Below, in pieces: positions 35,911 through 44,795 of a DNA stretch of 64,000 nucleotides. The number at the start of each line of letters is the position of its first letter. Within the stretch, counting starts at the first letter, position 1. The notes beneath the pieces are model-generated. The model had not been told where the DNA came from. It did not search any database and worked only from the letters and a program-made list of their open reading frames with translations. The stretch is from Candidatus Limnocylindria bacterium (GTDB lineage Bacteria; Chloroflexota; Limnocylindria; Limnocylindrales; CSP1-4). Both the position numbers and the translations under genes were made by a program. The stretch lies in contig JBKHXL010000007.1 in NCBI GenBank assembly GCA_046566045.1, forward strand, positions 31,987-95,986, read 5' to 3'.

Positions 35911-36445
35911 ATGTCGCCCACGCGACTCGCCGTCCTCCTGTCCGTGGCGCTGGCCGCCGCCATCGTGGCGCCGGTCTCGGCCGAGCCCCGGGTCGCGGCG
36001 CGCGCAGCCGACCAGCGGGCCACCGAGCCCGCGGTCGACCTGCAGGCCCTGTCGAGCGGGCGACTCACCGTCCAGCGGGTGGTGTCGGGCTTCAGCAGCC
36101 CGCTCGGGGTCACCCACGCCGGCGACGGGACCGGGCGGCTGTTCGTGGTCCAGCGCGACGGCCTGATCCAGGTCGTGCAGAGCCGACGGATCGTGTCCGG
36201 GTCGTTCATCGACGCCCGCTCGAGGGTCGAGGCCGGCGGGGAGCGCGGCCTGCTCGGCATGGCGTTCCACCCGGAGTTCGCCACCAACGGCTTCGTCTTC
36301 GTGTTCTACACGCGGGCGAGCGACGGGGACATCATCATCGGCCGGCTCACCGCGAACGCGGCCCGGACCTCGGCCAGCCTCGCCACCGAGCGGATCCTGC
36401 TGCACATCGAGCACAGCCGGTACGGCAACCACAACGGGGGCCCAT
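35911..36445 (+). pseudogene. 5' fragment of a secreted PQQ-dependent sugar (glucose/sorbosone) dehydrogenase, truncated by the foreign block
   Basis: GGAGG at 35901-35905, a signal peptide MSPTRLAVLLSVALAAAIVAPVSA, and GSDH-type blades (GRLFVVQRDG, GERGLLGMAFHP) up to SRYGNHNGG. After that the frame runs into unrelated sequence and stops at 36552. Confidence 0.75.
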
Positions 36446-36555
36446 GTGAAATCCGTGGTGATCGACGCACGCAGACGAGAGCGACGACAGGATCGGGGGG
36501 TTCGCTGAGACTCGGCAATATTGACTTATATGGAAACGTCGCCGACTCTTAGGTC

Positions 36556-37332
36556 ATGGCTACCACAGCGCTCACCAAGCCCGCCGCCATCGAGATCTTC
36601 CACCTGGCCCTCCTCCAGGTGCTGCCACAGCACCTGCCGCCGACCAACTACGCGGTGAAGGGCGGGGCGAACCTCCGGCTCTTCCTCGACAGCCCCAGGC
36701 GATCCGAGGACATCGACCTCAACTTCGTAGGACGAGTGAGCTGGAGCCTCCAGCCGCGCATGGACGCCGTCCTCCGGTCGCCCGCGCTCGCGGCGCTCTT
36801 GGCGACACATCGCCTGCGGATTGTCGCCGTCAATCCGTCGAAGACGACGACAACCACGGGACGTTGGAAGTTCGGCATGGAGGCGCCGGGTGTCGTCTTC
36901 AACTCGAAGGTCGAGTTCTCGATGCGCCGCGAAGACCGGCCGCTATACGAGTTCTCGTCAGTGTCACCGCGCATCGCGGCGGCCTCCCGGATGCGGCCGG
37001 CCTCCGCCAACCACTACGTCGCGCGGGGTGCTATCGAGCAGAAGATCGCCGCGCTGGGTCTCCGATCCGAGACTCAGGTTCGAGACGTTTTCGACCTCGA
37101 CTATCTGTTCACCCGGTTTCCAGAGGCCGGCGACGCTGCTGACCCGCCGGCGTACGAGCTCGACCTAGCCCGAGGCAGAGTCTGCGAGTCGACATACGCC
37201 GACTACCGCGAGCTCGTGATCACATACCTCGATCCCGCGTTCGTTGCGATGTACGACAGCCGGGCAGAGTGGGACCGGATCCAGCTTCATGTCGCAGAAC
37301 GCCTGGACACGATCCGAAAGAGGATCAAGTGA
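36556..37332 (+). CDS. AbiEii/AbiGii-family nucleotidyltransferase toxin (DUF1814-type)
   Basis: N-terminal NTase signature AVKGGANLRLFLDSPRRSEDIDLNF (compare KGGTAL...R.SxDiDF). 258 aa, with lower GC than its neighbours. Confidence 0.75.
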   Translation: MATTALTKPAAIEIFHLALLQVLPQHLPPTNYAVKGGANLRLFLDSPRRSEDIDLNFVGRVSWSLQPRMDAVLRSPALAALLATHRLRIVAVNPSKTTTTTGRWKFGMEAPGVVFNSKVEFSMRREDRPLYEFSSVSPRIAAASRMRPASANHYVARGAIEQKIAALGLRSETQVRDVFDLDYLFTRFPEAGDAADPPAYELDLARGRVCESTYADYRELVITYLDPAFVAMYDSRAEWDRIQLHVAERLDTIRKRIK

Positions 37333-37934
37333 GCGCGCAGCGATACGCCGACCTGGCTCGTCTATCGACGAAGACGGTAACGACCGCCCAGGCGGCGGCC
37401 GCCTGGCGGACCAGTTCTTCGGTCGCGAGCCGGTCGCTTGCCGAGTTGGCCCGCGCCGGCTTGATCGAGCGGCTGCGTCACGGCCTGTGGCTGATTGACC
37501 GATCAGCCGTTCCCGAGGCCCTGGCTGCGGAGATCACGGCGCCGTATCCGGCCTACGTGTCTCACGTGTCTGCGCTGTACACCCTCGGGATCATCGAGCA
37601 GGTGCCCAACGAGATTCACGCCGTGTCCGTCGGTGAACCTCGGGCGATCCGCTCGGGGCGTGGGCGTTTTCGGATCCACCGCGTTCCGATCGTTCTCTTC
37701 GGCGGTTTCAACGATCAGCGCGGCTATCCGATGGCTACAGCGGAGAAAGCGCTCTTCGATTGGGCGTACCTGTCCGTCGCGGCGGGTCACGCCAACGCGC
37801 GGCTGCCGGAGACCGAGTGGCCCGCATCGTTTCGCCGAAGCGAGATAGAGCGTTGGCTGCGTCGAATCGAGAGCGCTCGTCTCAGGACGTTGACGTCCTC
37901 GCTCATCGATCGTCGACTCGCCTCGCACAGGTAG
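37329..37934 (+). CDS. AbiEi-like antitoxin/transcriptional regulator (N-terminal wHTH)
   Basis: VTTAQAAAAWRTSSSVASRSLAELARAGLIERLRHGLWLI matches the AbiEi N-terminal wHTH pattern, followed by SALYTLGIIEQVPNEIHAV. GTG 37329 overlaps the toxin stop (GTGA). Confidence 0.65.
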   Translation: MSAQRYADLARLSTKTVTTAQAAAAWRTSSSVASRSLAELARAGLIERLRHGLWLIDRSAVPEALAAEITAPYPAYVSHVSALYTLGIIEQVPNEIHAVSVGEPRAIRSGRGRFRIHRVPIVLFGGFNDQRGYPMATAEKALFDWAYLSVAAGHANARLPETEWPASFRRSEIERWLRRIESARLRTLTSSLIDRRLASHR

Positions 37935-37993
37935 ATCCGCGTCGTGTAGTTGCGGTGCCTATGCCTATCCGGTTGACGCAGCAGGGCTGACGC

Positions 37994-38012
37994 CGAGCAT
38001 CTGGGATGCTCG
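37994..38012 (+). other. 8-bp perfect hairpin enclosing the tnpB start codon
   Basis: CGAGCATC tgg GATGCTCG. The ATG at 38006-38008 lies in the 3' arm. Confidence 0.6.
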
Positions 38013-39048
38013 ATCGGCGCGCGGTCCGCGTGGAACTCGATCCAACGCCGGCCCAGAGGTCGGCGTTGTTCTCGTACGCAGCACTGCCGCGGAAGGTCTA
38101 CAACTGGGGTCTCGAGCGCCAGAATGAACACTACGAGACGGTCGTCAAGCCGGCCACGGAGCGCGGCGAGAGGGTCTTCTCGCTGTCGACCAAGGAACTG
38201 TCGGCGGAGTGGACCCGGGTCCGAGCGGATGTCCTCCCCTGGTCGGATGAGGTTCCTCGGACCGTCGCTCAGCAGGCACTGCGCGACCTCGACCGCGCAT
38301 TCACCACCTTCTTCGCGGTTCGCAAGGCCGGCCGGCGGGTCGGCTACCCCCGGTTCAAGAGCCGTGACCGGAGCCGCACCTCGTTCCGCTGCCAGGCCGC
38401 ACGCCCGCTCGACGCGGGTCACGTCTTCCTGCCCGGGATCCGCGCCATCCGGGTCAAGGAGGACCCGACACCGCGGCTGGCCGGCCGCACGATCGGCATG
38501 GCGACCGTCGCGGAGGAGGCCGGTCGCTGGTTCGTCTCGTTCGCGACCGCGCTCGAGGTACCGGAACCTGTCGCGCGGACCGGCTCGGTCATCGGGATCG
38601 ATCTTGGGATCACCACCTTCGCGGTCTGCTCCGACGGCCGCCGGATCGAGTCGCCCAGGCCGCTCGAGCGGGCTTCCGACCGCCTCGCGGCGCTCGATCG
38701 CGGCATCGCCCGTCAGCGCAACGTCCGCGACGGTGTGCGGACGGCGCGGATGCGCCGGCGCGACCGCCGGGCTGGGCTGGTCGTCATCGCTCGAGCAGTC
38801 AAGGTGGAGAAGCACGCGCGCAGATCGGTCCGCATGGTCAAGCGCCAGGCGGAGCGGGCGCGGTTGCACGCGAGTGTTGCCAACCAGCGCAGCAACTTCC
38901 TGCACGAGGCCTCGACCAACCTCGTGCGACGTCACGCGGTGATAGGGATCGAGGATCTCGCGGTCGCCAACCTGAAGCGGAACCACCGCCTCGCCCGCTC
39001 GATCAGCGAGCAGGGCTGGGCACAGTTCCGGTTCATGCTCACCTACGA
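38006..39048 (+). pseudogene. tnpB: IS200/IS605-family TnpB (OrfB, RuvC-like RNA-guided nuclease family), 3'-truncated
   Basis: N-terminus RAVRVELDPTPAQRSALFSYAALPRKVYNWGL, RuvC-I IGIDLGITTF, and Ruv[39 protein letters not shown]. The zinc-finger and RuvC-III regions are absent. The ORF continues in frame into host sequence up to 39190. Confidence 0.75.
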
Positions 39049-39190
39049 CGGCGCCACCGGCGAGGCCGCCATCGACCGGCTTGCGGCGGCGGGTCTCACC
39101 GGTGGCTGCGGGCCCCGGGCGTTCTGTCCGCGCGACCCGGTCACGCGCGAGCAGATGGCCGCCTTCCTGCGCCGCTCGTTCGGCCCGTAG
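39049..39190 (+). pseudogene. 3' remnant of a host gene encoding an SLH-like C-terminal repeat, now fused in frame to the tnpB remnant
   Basis: [41 protein letters not shown] fits the SLH-type pattern (I..L...G...G....F.P...VTR.Q.A.FL). Host-like GC returns here. Confidence 0.45.
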
Positions 39191-39230
39191 GCCCGGACGG
39201 CCCGCCGGCTGGGCCGCCGGGCATGCGGCG

Positions 39231-39236
39231 TACAAT
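39231..39236 (+). promoter_or_regulatory. -10-like TACAAT, 7 nt upstream of the cysteine desulfurase ATG (candidate leaderless promoter)
   Basis: TACAAT at 39231-39236 and ATG at 39244. This argues against the ORF-track start at 39223. Confidence 0.45.
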
Positions 39237-39243
39237 CCCGCCG

Positions 39244-40428
39244 ATGGCGATCTATCTCGACCACGCGGCCACGACCCCGCTCCGGCGCGAGGTCCTGGAC
39301 GCGATGCTGCCCTACCTCGGCGAGGCGTTCGGCAACCCCTCGTCGGCCCACAGCTTCGGGCGGGCGGCCCGGGCCGCGCTCGACGACGCCCACGAGCGCC
39401 TCGCGCGTTCGCTGAACGCCGAGGCTCGCGAGGTCGTCTTCACGTCCGGTGGGACCGAGGCGAACAACCTCGCCCTCAAGGGCGGAGCGTGGGCGGGCAA
39501 GGCGCGCGGACATCGCATCGTCACCTCGACCGTCGAGCACCACGCGGTCGGGCACACGCTGCGCTACCTGGAGAAGTTCGGGTTCGAGGTCGTCGAGGTC
39601 CCGGTCGACCGCTATGGCCGCGTGGACCCGGACCAGTTCGAGGCCGCCCTGACGGACCGGACCGTCCTCGCCTCGATCATGCTCGCCAACAACGAGGTCG
39701 GCACGATCCAGCCGATCGCGGCCATCGCGGAGCGGGTCCGGGGGCGCAAGGGGATCCTCTTGCACGTCGATGCGGTCCAGGCGGCGCCGTACGTCGACCT
39801 GGACGTGCGCGAGCTCGGCGCCGACCTCGTGTCGCTCGGTGCGCACAAGTTCGAGGGGCCCAAGGGCGTCGGCGCCCTGTGGATCCGGCACGGGACCCAC
39901 CTCCTCGCCCAGCAGCACGGCGGGACGCAGGAGCGCCATCGCCGGGCCGGGACGGAGAACGTGGCGGGCGCGGTCGGGCTGGCCGCTGCGTACGAGCTGA
40001 CCTGCGCCGAGCGGGCCGAGACGGTGACGCGGCTGCGCGCCCAGGCCGACCGCCTGCGGGCGGCGCTCCTCGCGGTCGATGGGGTCGAGGCCACGGGCCA
40101 CCCCGTCGAGCGCCTGCCCGGGCTCGTGTCGATCGTCGCTCGCGGCACGGACGGCACGGCGGTGGCCCTGTCACTCGACCTCGAGGGGATCGCCGCGTCG
40201 GTCGGCTCGGCCTGCACCACGGGCTCGACCGAGGTCAGCCACGTGCTGACCGCGATGGGCTACCCGGACGACGAGGCACGCGGCGCGCTGCGCCTGTCGC
40301 TCGGCCGCCCCACGACCGACGACGAGGTCGACACGGCCGTCGCGGTCGTCCCGCGCGTGCTGGCCTCGATGCGCGTGGCGAGTGCGGCCGTGGCGGCCGA
40401 CCCGCTCGGCCAGGGAGTCCACGCGTGA
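39244..40428 (+). CDS. Cysteine desulfurase (NifS/IscS-type, class V aminotransferase fold)
   Basis: [11 protein letters not shown]...[10 protein letters not shown]...[15 protein letters not shown]...[10 protein letters not shown]...SVGSACTTG. Confidence 0.9.
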   Translation: MAIYLDHAATTPLRREVLDAMLPYLGEAFGNPSSAHSFGRAARAALDDAHERLARSLNAEAREVVFTSGGTEANNLALKGGAWAGKARGHRIVTSTVEHHAVGHTLRYLEKFGFEVVEVPVDRYGRVDPDQFEAALTDRTVLASIMLANNEVGTIQPIAAIAERVRGRKGILLHVDAVQAAPYVDLDVRELGADLVSLGAHKFEGPKGVGALWIRHGTHLLAQQHGGTQERHRRAGTENVAGAVGLAAAYELTCAERAETVTRLRAQADRLRAALLAVDGVEATGHPVERLPGLVSIVARGTDGTAVALSLDLEGIAASVGSACTTGSTEVSHVLTAMGYPDDEARGALRLSLGRPTTDDEVDTAVAVVPRVLASMRVASAAVAADPLGQGVHA

Positions 40429-41582
40429 GCCGCATCCTCGTCGCGATGTCGGGCGGAGTGGACTCGTCGGTGGCGGCCGCGCTGCTGCACGAGCAGGGCC
40501 ACGAGGTCGTCGGCGTGTGGATGCGCCTGCACGACGTCGCCGACACGTACGCTGAGTTCCGCAAGAGCTGCTGCTCGCTCGACGCCGCCGACGACGCCCG
40601 CCGGGTCGCCGCCCAGCTCGGCATCCCGTTCTACGTGATGAACCTCGAGCGCGAGTTCGACGCCGGGGTGATCGCCCCGTTCCTGGACGCGTACCTCGGC
40701 GGATCGACCCCGAGCCCGTGCGTGGACTGCAACACGTACGTGAAGTTCGGGGCGCTGCTCGGTCGGGCGCGCCACCTGTACGAGTGCGAGGCGGTCGCCA
40801 CCGGGCACTATGCGCGCCGGGTCGTCGGCGCCGACGGCCGGGCCCGACTGCATCGGGCGCGCGACGAGGACAAGGACCAGACCTACTTCCTCTACGGGCT
40901 GCGGGCCGATCAGCTCGAGCACGCCCGGTTCCCGCTGGGTGAGCTGACCAAGCCGGAGGTCCGGGCCGTCGCCCGCGCGCTCGGCCTCGTGACCGCCGAC
41001 AAGCCGGAGAGCCAGGAGATCTGCTTCGTGCCCGGCGGGGACTACCGCGACGCCCTCCGCGAGCGCGCCGGCTGGACGCCCGATCCCGGGCCGCTCGTGG
41101 ACGTGGACGGCGCGCGGGTGGGGGAGCACCGCGGCATCGCGGCCTACACCGTCGGTCAGCGCTCCGGCCTGGGGGTCGCCGTCGGGGAGCCGCGCTACGT
41201 CGCCCGCATCGATCCGGCGTCGAACACGATCCAGCTCGGCCGGCGCGAGGATCTCGAGGTCACCGCGTTCGACCTCGAGCGCGCATCGTTCATCGACCCG
41301 GACCAGCCGCGCGCCGCGTTCCGTGCCACCGTCCGGGTCCGCCACCGGGCTCGTCCGGTGCCGGCCACGGTGCGGCCGGTCGGGAAGCGCCGCTACCGGG
41401 TCGCGACCGACCAGCCGGTCTGGGCCGCGGCGCCCGGGCAGGCGGCCGTGCTGTACGACGACGCGACCGGCGACGAGGTGCTCGGCGGCGGTCGGATCGC
41501 CCGGCTCGCGGCGCCCAGCGTGACGGATGCCGACCCCGCTGCCGACGCCGTGGCTCGCCCCGCGGTCGGCGCGACCGCCTGA
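40425..41582 (+). CDS. mnmA: tRNA 2-thiouridine(34) synthase MnmA
   Basis: PP-loop [40 protein letters not shown], and CVDCN. The GTG start overlaps the desulfurase stop. Confidence 0.9.
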   Translation: MSRILVAMSGGVDSSVAAALLHEQGHEVVGVWMRLHDVADTYAEFRKSCCSLDAADDARRVAAQLGIPFYVMNLEREFDAGVIAPFLDAYLGGSTPSPCVDCNTYVKFGALLGRARHLYECEAVATGHYARRVVGADGRARLHRARDEDKDQTYFLYGLRADQLEHARFPLGELTKPEVRAVARALGLVTADKPESQEICFVPGGDYRDALRERAGWTPDPGPLVDVDGARVGEHRGIAAYTVGQRSGLGVAVGEPRYVARIDPASNTIQLGRREDLEVTAFDLERASFIDPDQPRAAFRATVRVRHRARPVPATVRPVGKRRYRVATDQPVWAAAPGQAAVLYDDATGDEVLGGGRIARLAAPSVTDADPAADAVARPAVGATA

Positions 41583-41584
41583 GC

Positions 41585-41875
41585 GTGGAGACGGCCCTCG
41601 TCCTGTCGGTCCTGGTGGGCACGTTCCACACCGCGCTGGCGGTGCTCATCCGTGGCTCGGCGGGAGGCCGCCTGCCGCTCCTGGCCGCGGGCGCGATCCT
41701 CGGCGCATGGGCCGGCGACTCGCTGGCGGACCGGCTCGGGCTGGAGGTCGTCGTCCTGGGCGACTACCACCTCGTGGGTGCGTCGGTCGTGGCCTGGGCC
41801 GGCATCGCCATCGTGTCGGTGGTGGCCGTGCTGGGGCCGGACGGGCCGCTGCTGCGCCGGCGGGGTCGGGCATGA
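41585..41875 (+). CDS. Small hydrophobic membrane protein (about 3 TM)
   Basis: High GC3 and three hydrophobic segments. GTG lies 3 nt after the mnmA stop. No family recognised. Confidence 0.55.
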   Translation: METALVLSVLVGTFHTALAVLIRGSAGGRLPLLAAGAILGAWAGDSLADRLGLEVVVLGDYHLVGASVVAWAGIAIVSVVAVLGPDGPLLRRRGRA

Positions 41876-41991
41876 GCGACGAGCCGACCACCGCCCGCTT
41901 CCTGCGCGGGCTGACCATCGGGGCGCTGCTCGGGGCGATCATCGCCGGGTCGCGGCTGTGGGTGCGGCTCACCCGCCGGTCCCGCTCCTAG
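41872..41991 (+). CDS. 39-aa single-TM mini-protein (tentative)
   Basis: The ATG overlaps the upstream stop (ATGA). Sequence MSDEPTTARFLRGLTIGALLGAIIAGSRLWVRLTRRSRS. High GC3. Confidence 0.4.
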   Translation: MSDEPTTARFLRGLTIGALLGAIIAGSRLWVRLTRRSRS

Positions 41992-42027
41992 CCATCGGCC
42001 CGGGCTCGCTCGCCGGGCACGCTCCGC

Positions 42028-42033
42028 TACCAT
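42028..42033 (+). promoter_or_regulatory. -10-like TACCAT, 8 nt upstream of the alaS ATG (candidate leaderless promoter)
   Basis: TACCAT at 42028-42033 and ATG at 42042, with no SD. Confidence 0.4.
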
Positions 42034-42041
42034 TGCCGCCG

Positions 42042-44795
42042 ATGTCCACCCCCACCGTGTCCCCCGATCCGCGCATCGTGTCGCTGCCCGCGGCCGAGAT
42101 CCGGCGCCGCTTCCTCGACTACTTCGCCGAGCGCGGCCATACGATCGTCCCGAGCGCCAGTCTCGTGCCCGCCGGCGACCAGACGCTGCTGTTCACGAAC
42201 AGCGGCATGGTCCAGTTCAAGGACGCCCTGACCGGCGCCGAGTCGCGCGACTACACCCGGGCGGTGGACTACCAGCGCTGCCTGCGGGTGGCCGGCAAGC
42301 ACAACGACTTCGAGGAGGTCGGGCGCACGCCACGCCATCACACGCTGTTCGAGATGCTCGGCAACTGGAGCTTCGGCGACTACTTCAAGCGCGAGGCCAT
42401 CCTCTGGGCGTGGGACTTCCTGACCCGCGACCTGGGCATCCCGGCCGACCGCCTGGCGGCGACCACCTACACCACCGACGACCTGGCCTACGACACGTGG
42501 CGCGACGAGATCGGCCTGCCGTCCGAACGGCTCGTGCGCTGGGGCGACTTCCCGGCGGGCGACGAGAAGAACTGGTGGCGGATGGCCGACATCGGCCCGA
42601 GCGGGCCGTGCAGCGAGATCCACTTCGATCGCGGCGCCCACCTGAGCGAGGGCCCCGAGTGCGTGCCGGACCACAGCGAGCACTGCCCGCGCTGGCTCGA
42701 GATCTGGAACCTCGTGTTCATGGAGTTCGAGCTCCATCCGGATCGGTCGCTGACGCCGCTTCCGGCGCCGGGCGTCGATACCGGGATGGGCCTGGAGCGG
42801 CTGGCCAGCGTCCTCCAGCAGGTGCCGACCAACTACGACACCGACCTGTTCGTGCCGATCCACGCCCGCATGCGCGAGCTGCTCGGCCACGACCCCGACG
42901 CGTTCGAGCAGGAGCGCTTCAGCTACCAGGTCATCGCCGATCACTCGCGGGCCGTCACATTCCTGATCGCGGACGACGTCCTCCCCAGCAATGAAGGGAG
43001 GGGCTACGTCCTGCGCCGCATCCTGCGCCGGGCCGTGCGCCACGGCCGCCTGCTCGGGCGGCGGGAGCCGTTCATGGCCCAGACGGCCGCGGTCGTGATC
43101 GACGTCATGGCCGAGGCCTACCCCCACCTGGTCGAGCGGCGAGACGAGATCCTGGCCGCGATCGCGCGCGAGGAGGCCCAGTTCGCGCGGACCCTCGACG
43201 CCGGCACGGTCCACCTGGAGGAGGCGCTCATCCCGCTGACCGGGGCGGAGCGGGTCATCGGGCGGCGGGCCGAGGACCTCGGGGCGGACGCCCCCGTGCT
43301 CGACGGCGCGGTCGCGTTCAAGCTGCACGACACGTACGGGTTCCCGGTCGATCTCACCGTCGAGCTGGCCGCCGAGTACGGCGTGGCGGTGGACCGGGCC
43401 GGCTTCGACGCGGCGCTCGCGGAGCAGCGCGAGCGAAGCCGATCCGGGACCAGGGCGCAGCTGTCCAGGCACGCCGAGGCGACCGCGCTGTACGCCGCGA
43501 TCGCCACGCGGGTCGCCGGCGAGACCGCGTTCCTCGGCTACGAGACGACCACCGCCGCCGGGCGGGTGGTGGCGATCGTCCGGGACGGTATGGAGTACGA
43601 CGAGCTGACCGGCCACGGCGAGGCCGAGCTGGTCCTCGACCGCACGCCGTTCTACGCGGAAGGCGGCGGCCAGATCGGCGATCGCGGCACCATCCGCGAG
43701 GCGGACGGCGGCAGCGACCTGTTCACCGTGACCGACACCCAGCGCCCCGTGCCCGGGCTCATCGTCCATCGCGGCACGCTCCACGGGCGGATCCGCGTCG
43801 GGGAGACGGTCGACGCCGTGGTCGACGCCGAGCGGCGCGCCCACACGATGCGCAACCACACCGGCACGCACCTGCTCCACCGGGCCCTGCGCAACGTCGT
43901 CGGCGACCGCGCGCGGCAGCACGGCTCGCTGGTCACGCCGGACTACCTCCGCTTCGACTTCCCGTTCGACCGGGCGCTGACCGACGACGAGAAGCGGGCC
44001 ATCGAGGACGAGGTCCGCGCCGTCATCCGCGACGATCGCCCGGTCACCATCGCGTTCCTGCCCATGGCCGACGCCATCGCGGCCGGGGCCGACGCGTTCT
44101 TCGACGAGAAGTACGGCGACACGGTGCGCACGATCCGCATCGAGGGCTACAGCTTCGAGCTGTGCGGGGGCACCCACTGCCGGGCGAGCGGCCAGGTCGG
44201 CGGCTTCGCTATCGTCAAGGAGGCCAGCATCGGCTCCGGGACCCGACGGATCGAGGCCGTCACGGGGGCGGCGGCGGATCGACTCGCGCGCGAGCGGGCG
44301 GAGACCCTCGAGCGCGTCGCGGCCGCGGTCGGCGCGCAGGGGATCGACGCCATCGAGGACCGCATCGCCGCCCTGCAGGAGGAGCTGCGCGAGGCGAAGC
44401 GGCGGCTCAAGGCCGGCGCCGGTGGGACGCTCCCGCGACCGCGCGATCTGGCCGCGGCGGCGGAGGACGTCGGGGGGCGCCGGCTCGTCGCGCGGGCCCT
44501 GCCGTACCCCTCGATGGAGGCGCTCAAGGCGGCCGCCAGGGAGGTCCGCACGGCGCTGCCGTCGGGGGTCATCGCGCTCGCCCTCGACGCGGACGAGCCC
44601 CAGCTGTTCGTGGCCGTGTCCGACGACCTGGTTGCAGGCGGGGTCGCGGCCGGCGACCTGGTCCGGGCCGCGATGCCCCACCTCGACGGCAGGGGTGGCG
44701 GCCGGCCGGAGATGGCCCAGGGCAAGGGCACCCGACGGGACGGACTGGACGAGGCGCTGGCCGTCATCCGGTCCGCGCTGGTGCAGGAGGCCTGA
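42042..44795 (+). CDS. alaS: Alanine--tRNA ligase
   Basis: FLDYFAERGHTIVPSASLVP..DQTLLFTNSGMVQFKD, the editing-domain motif HTGTHLLH...CGGTHC, and a C-terminal DHHA1-like region. Confidence 0.95.
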   Translation: MSTPTVSPDPRIVSLPAAEIRRRFLDYFAERGHTIVPSASLVPAGDQTLLFTNSGMVQFKDALTGAESRDYTRAVDYQRCLRVAGKHNDFEEVGRTPRHHTLFEMLGNWSFGDYFKREAILWAWDFLTRDLGIPADRLAATTYTTDDLAYDTWRDEIGLPSERLVRWGDFPAGDEKNWWRMADIGPSGPCSEIHFDRGAHLSEGPECVPDHSEHCPRWLEIWNLVFMEFELHPDRSLTPLPAPGVDTGMGLERLASVLQQVPTNYDTDLFVPIHARMRELLGHDPDAFEQERFSYQVIADHSRAVTFLIADDVLPSNEGRGYVLRRILRRAVRHGRLLGRREPFMAQTAAVVIDVMAEAYPHLVERRDEILAAIAREEAQFARTLDAGTVHLEEALIPLTGAERVIGRRAEDLGADAPVLDGAVAFKLHDTYGFPVDLTVELAAEYGVAVDRAGFDAALAEQRERSRSGTRAQLSRHAEATALYAAIATRVAGETAFLGYETTTAAGRVVAIVRDGMEYDELTGHGEAELVLDRTPFYAEGGGQIGDRGTIREADGGSDLFTVTDTQRPVPGLIVHRGTLHGRIRVGETVDAVVDAERRAHTMRNHTGTHLLHRALRNVVGDRARQHGSLVTPDYLRFDFPFDRALTDDEKRAIEDEVRAVIRDDRPVTIAFLPMADAIAAGADAFFDEKYGDTVRTIRIEGYSFELCGGTHCRASGQVGGFAIVKEASIGSGTRRIEAVTGAAADRLARERAETLERVAAAVGAQGIDAIEDRIAALQEELREAKRRLKAGAGGTLPRPRDLAAAAEDVGGRRLVARALPYPSMEALKAAAREVRTALPSGVIALALDADEPQLFVAVSDDLVAGGVAAGDLVRAAMPHLDGRGGGRPEMAQGKGTRRDGLDEALAVIRSALVQEA

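Larger units (their letters stand above)
36446..39048. mobile_element. Lower-GC foreign block (AbiE-type toxin-antitoxin pair plus a truncated IS605-family tnpB); decayed insertion
   Basis: Composition shifts abruptly at about 36446 (caatattgacttatatggaaac; many A/T-ending codons). Host-like sequence resumes at about 39049. The contents are typical mobile or defence cargo. No flanking direct repeats were seen. Confidence 0.6.

Noticed and set aside
36488-36515. A tRNA-like T-arm (ggggggttcgctgagac) at the island junction, as a possible tRNA-derived attachment site.
   Set aside because: The flanking bases do not form the 5-bp T-stem, and no cloverleaf can be drawn. The resemblance is limited to GGTTCG.
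38006-39190. An intact, active TnpB RNA-guided nuclease with an associated omega-RNA.
   Set aside because: The zinc-finger and RuvC-III region is missing, and so is the element's 3' end. The last 47 codons are host-like sequence.
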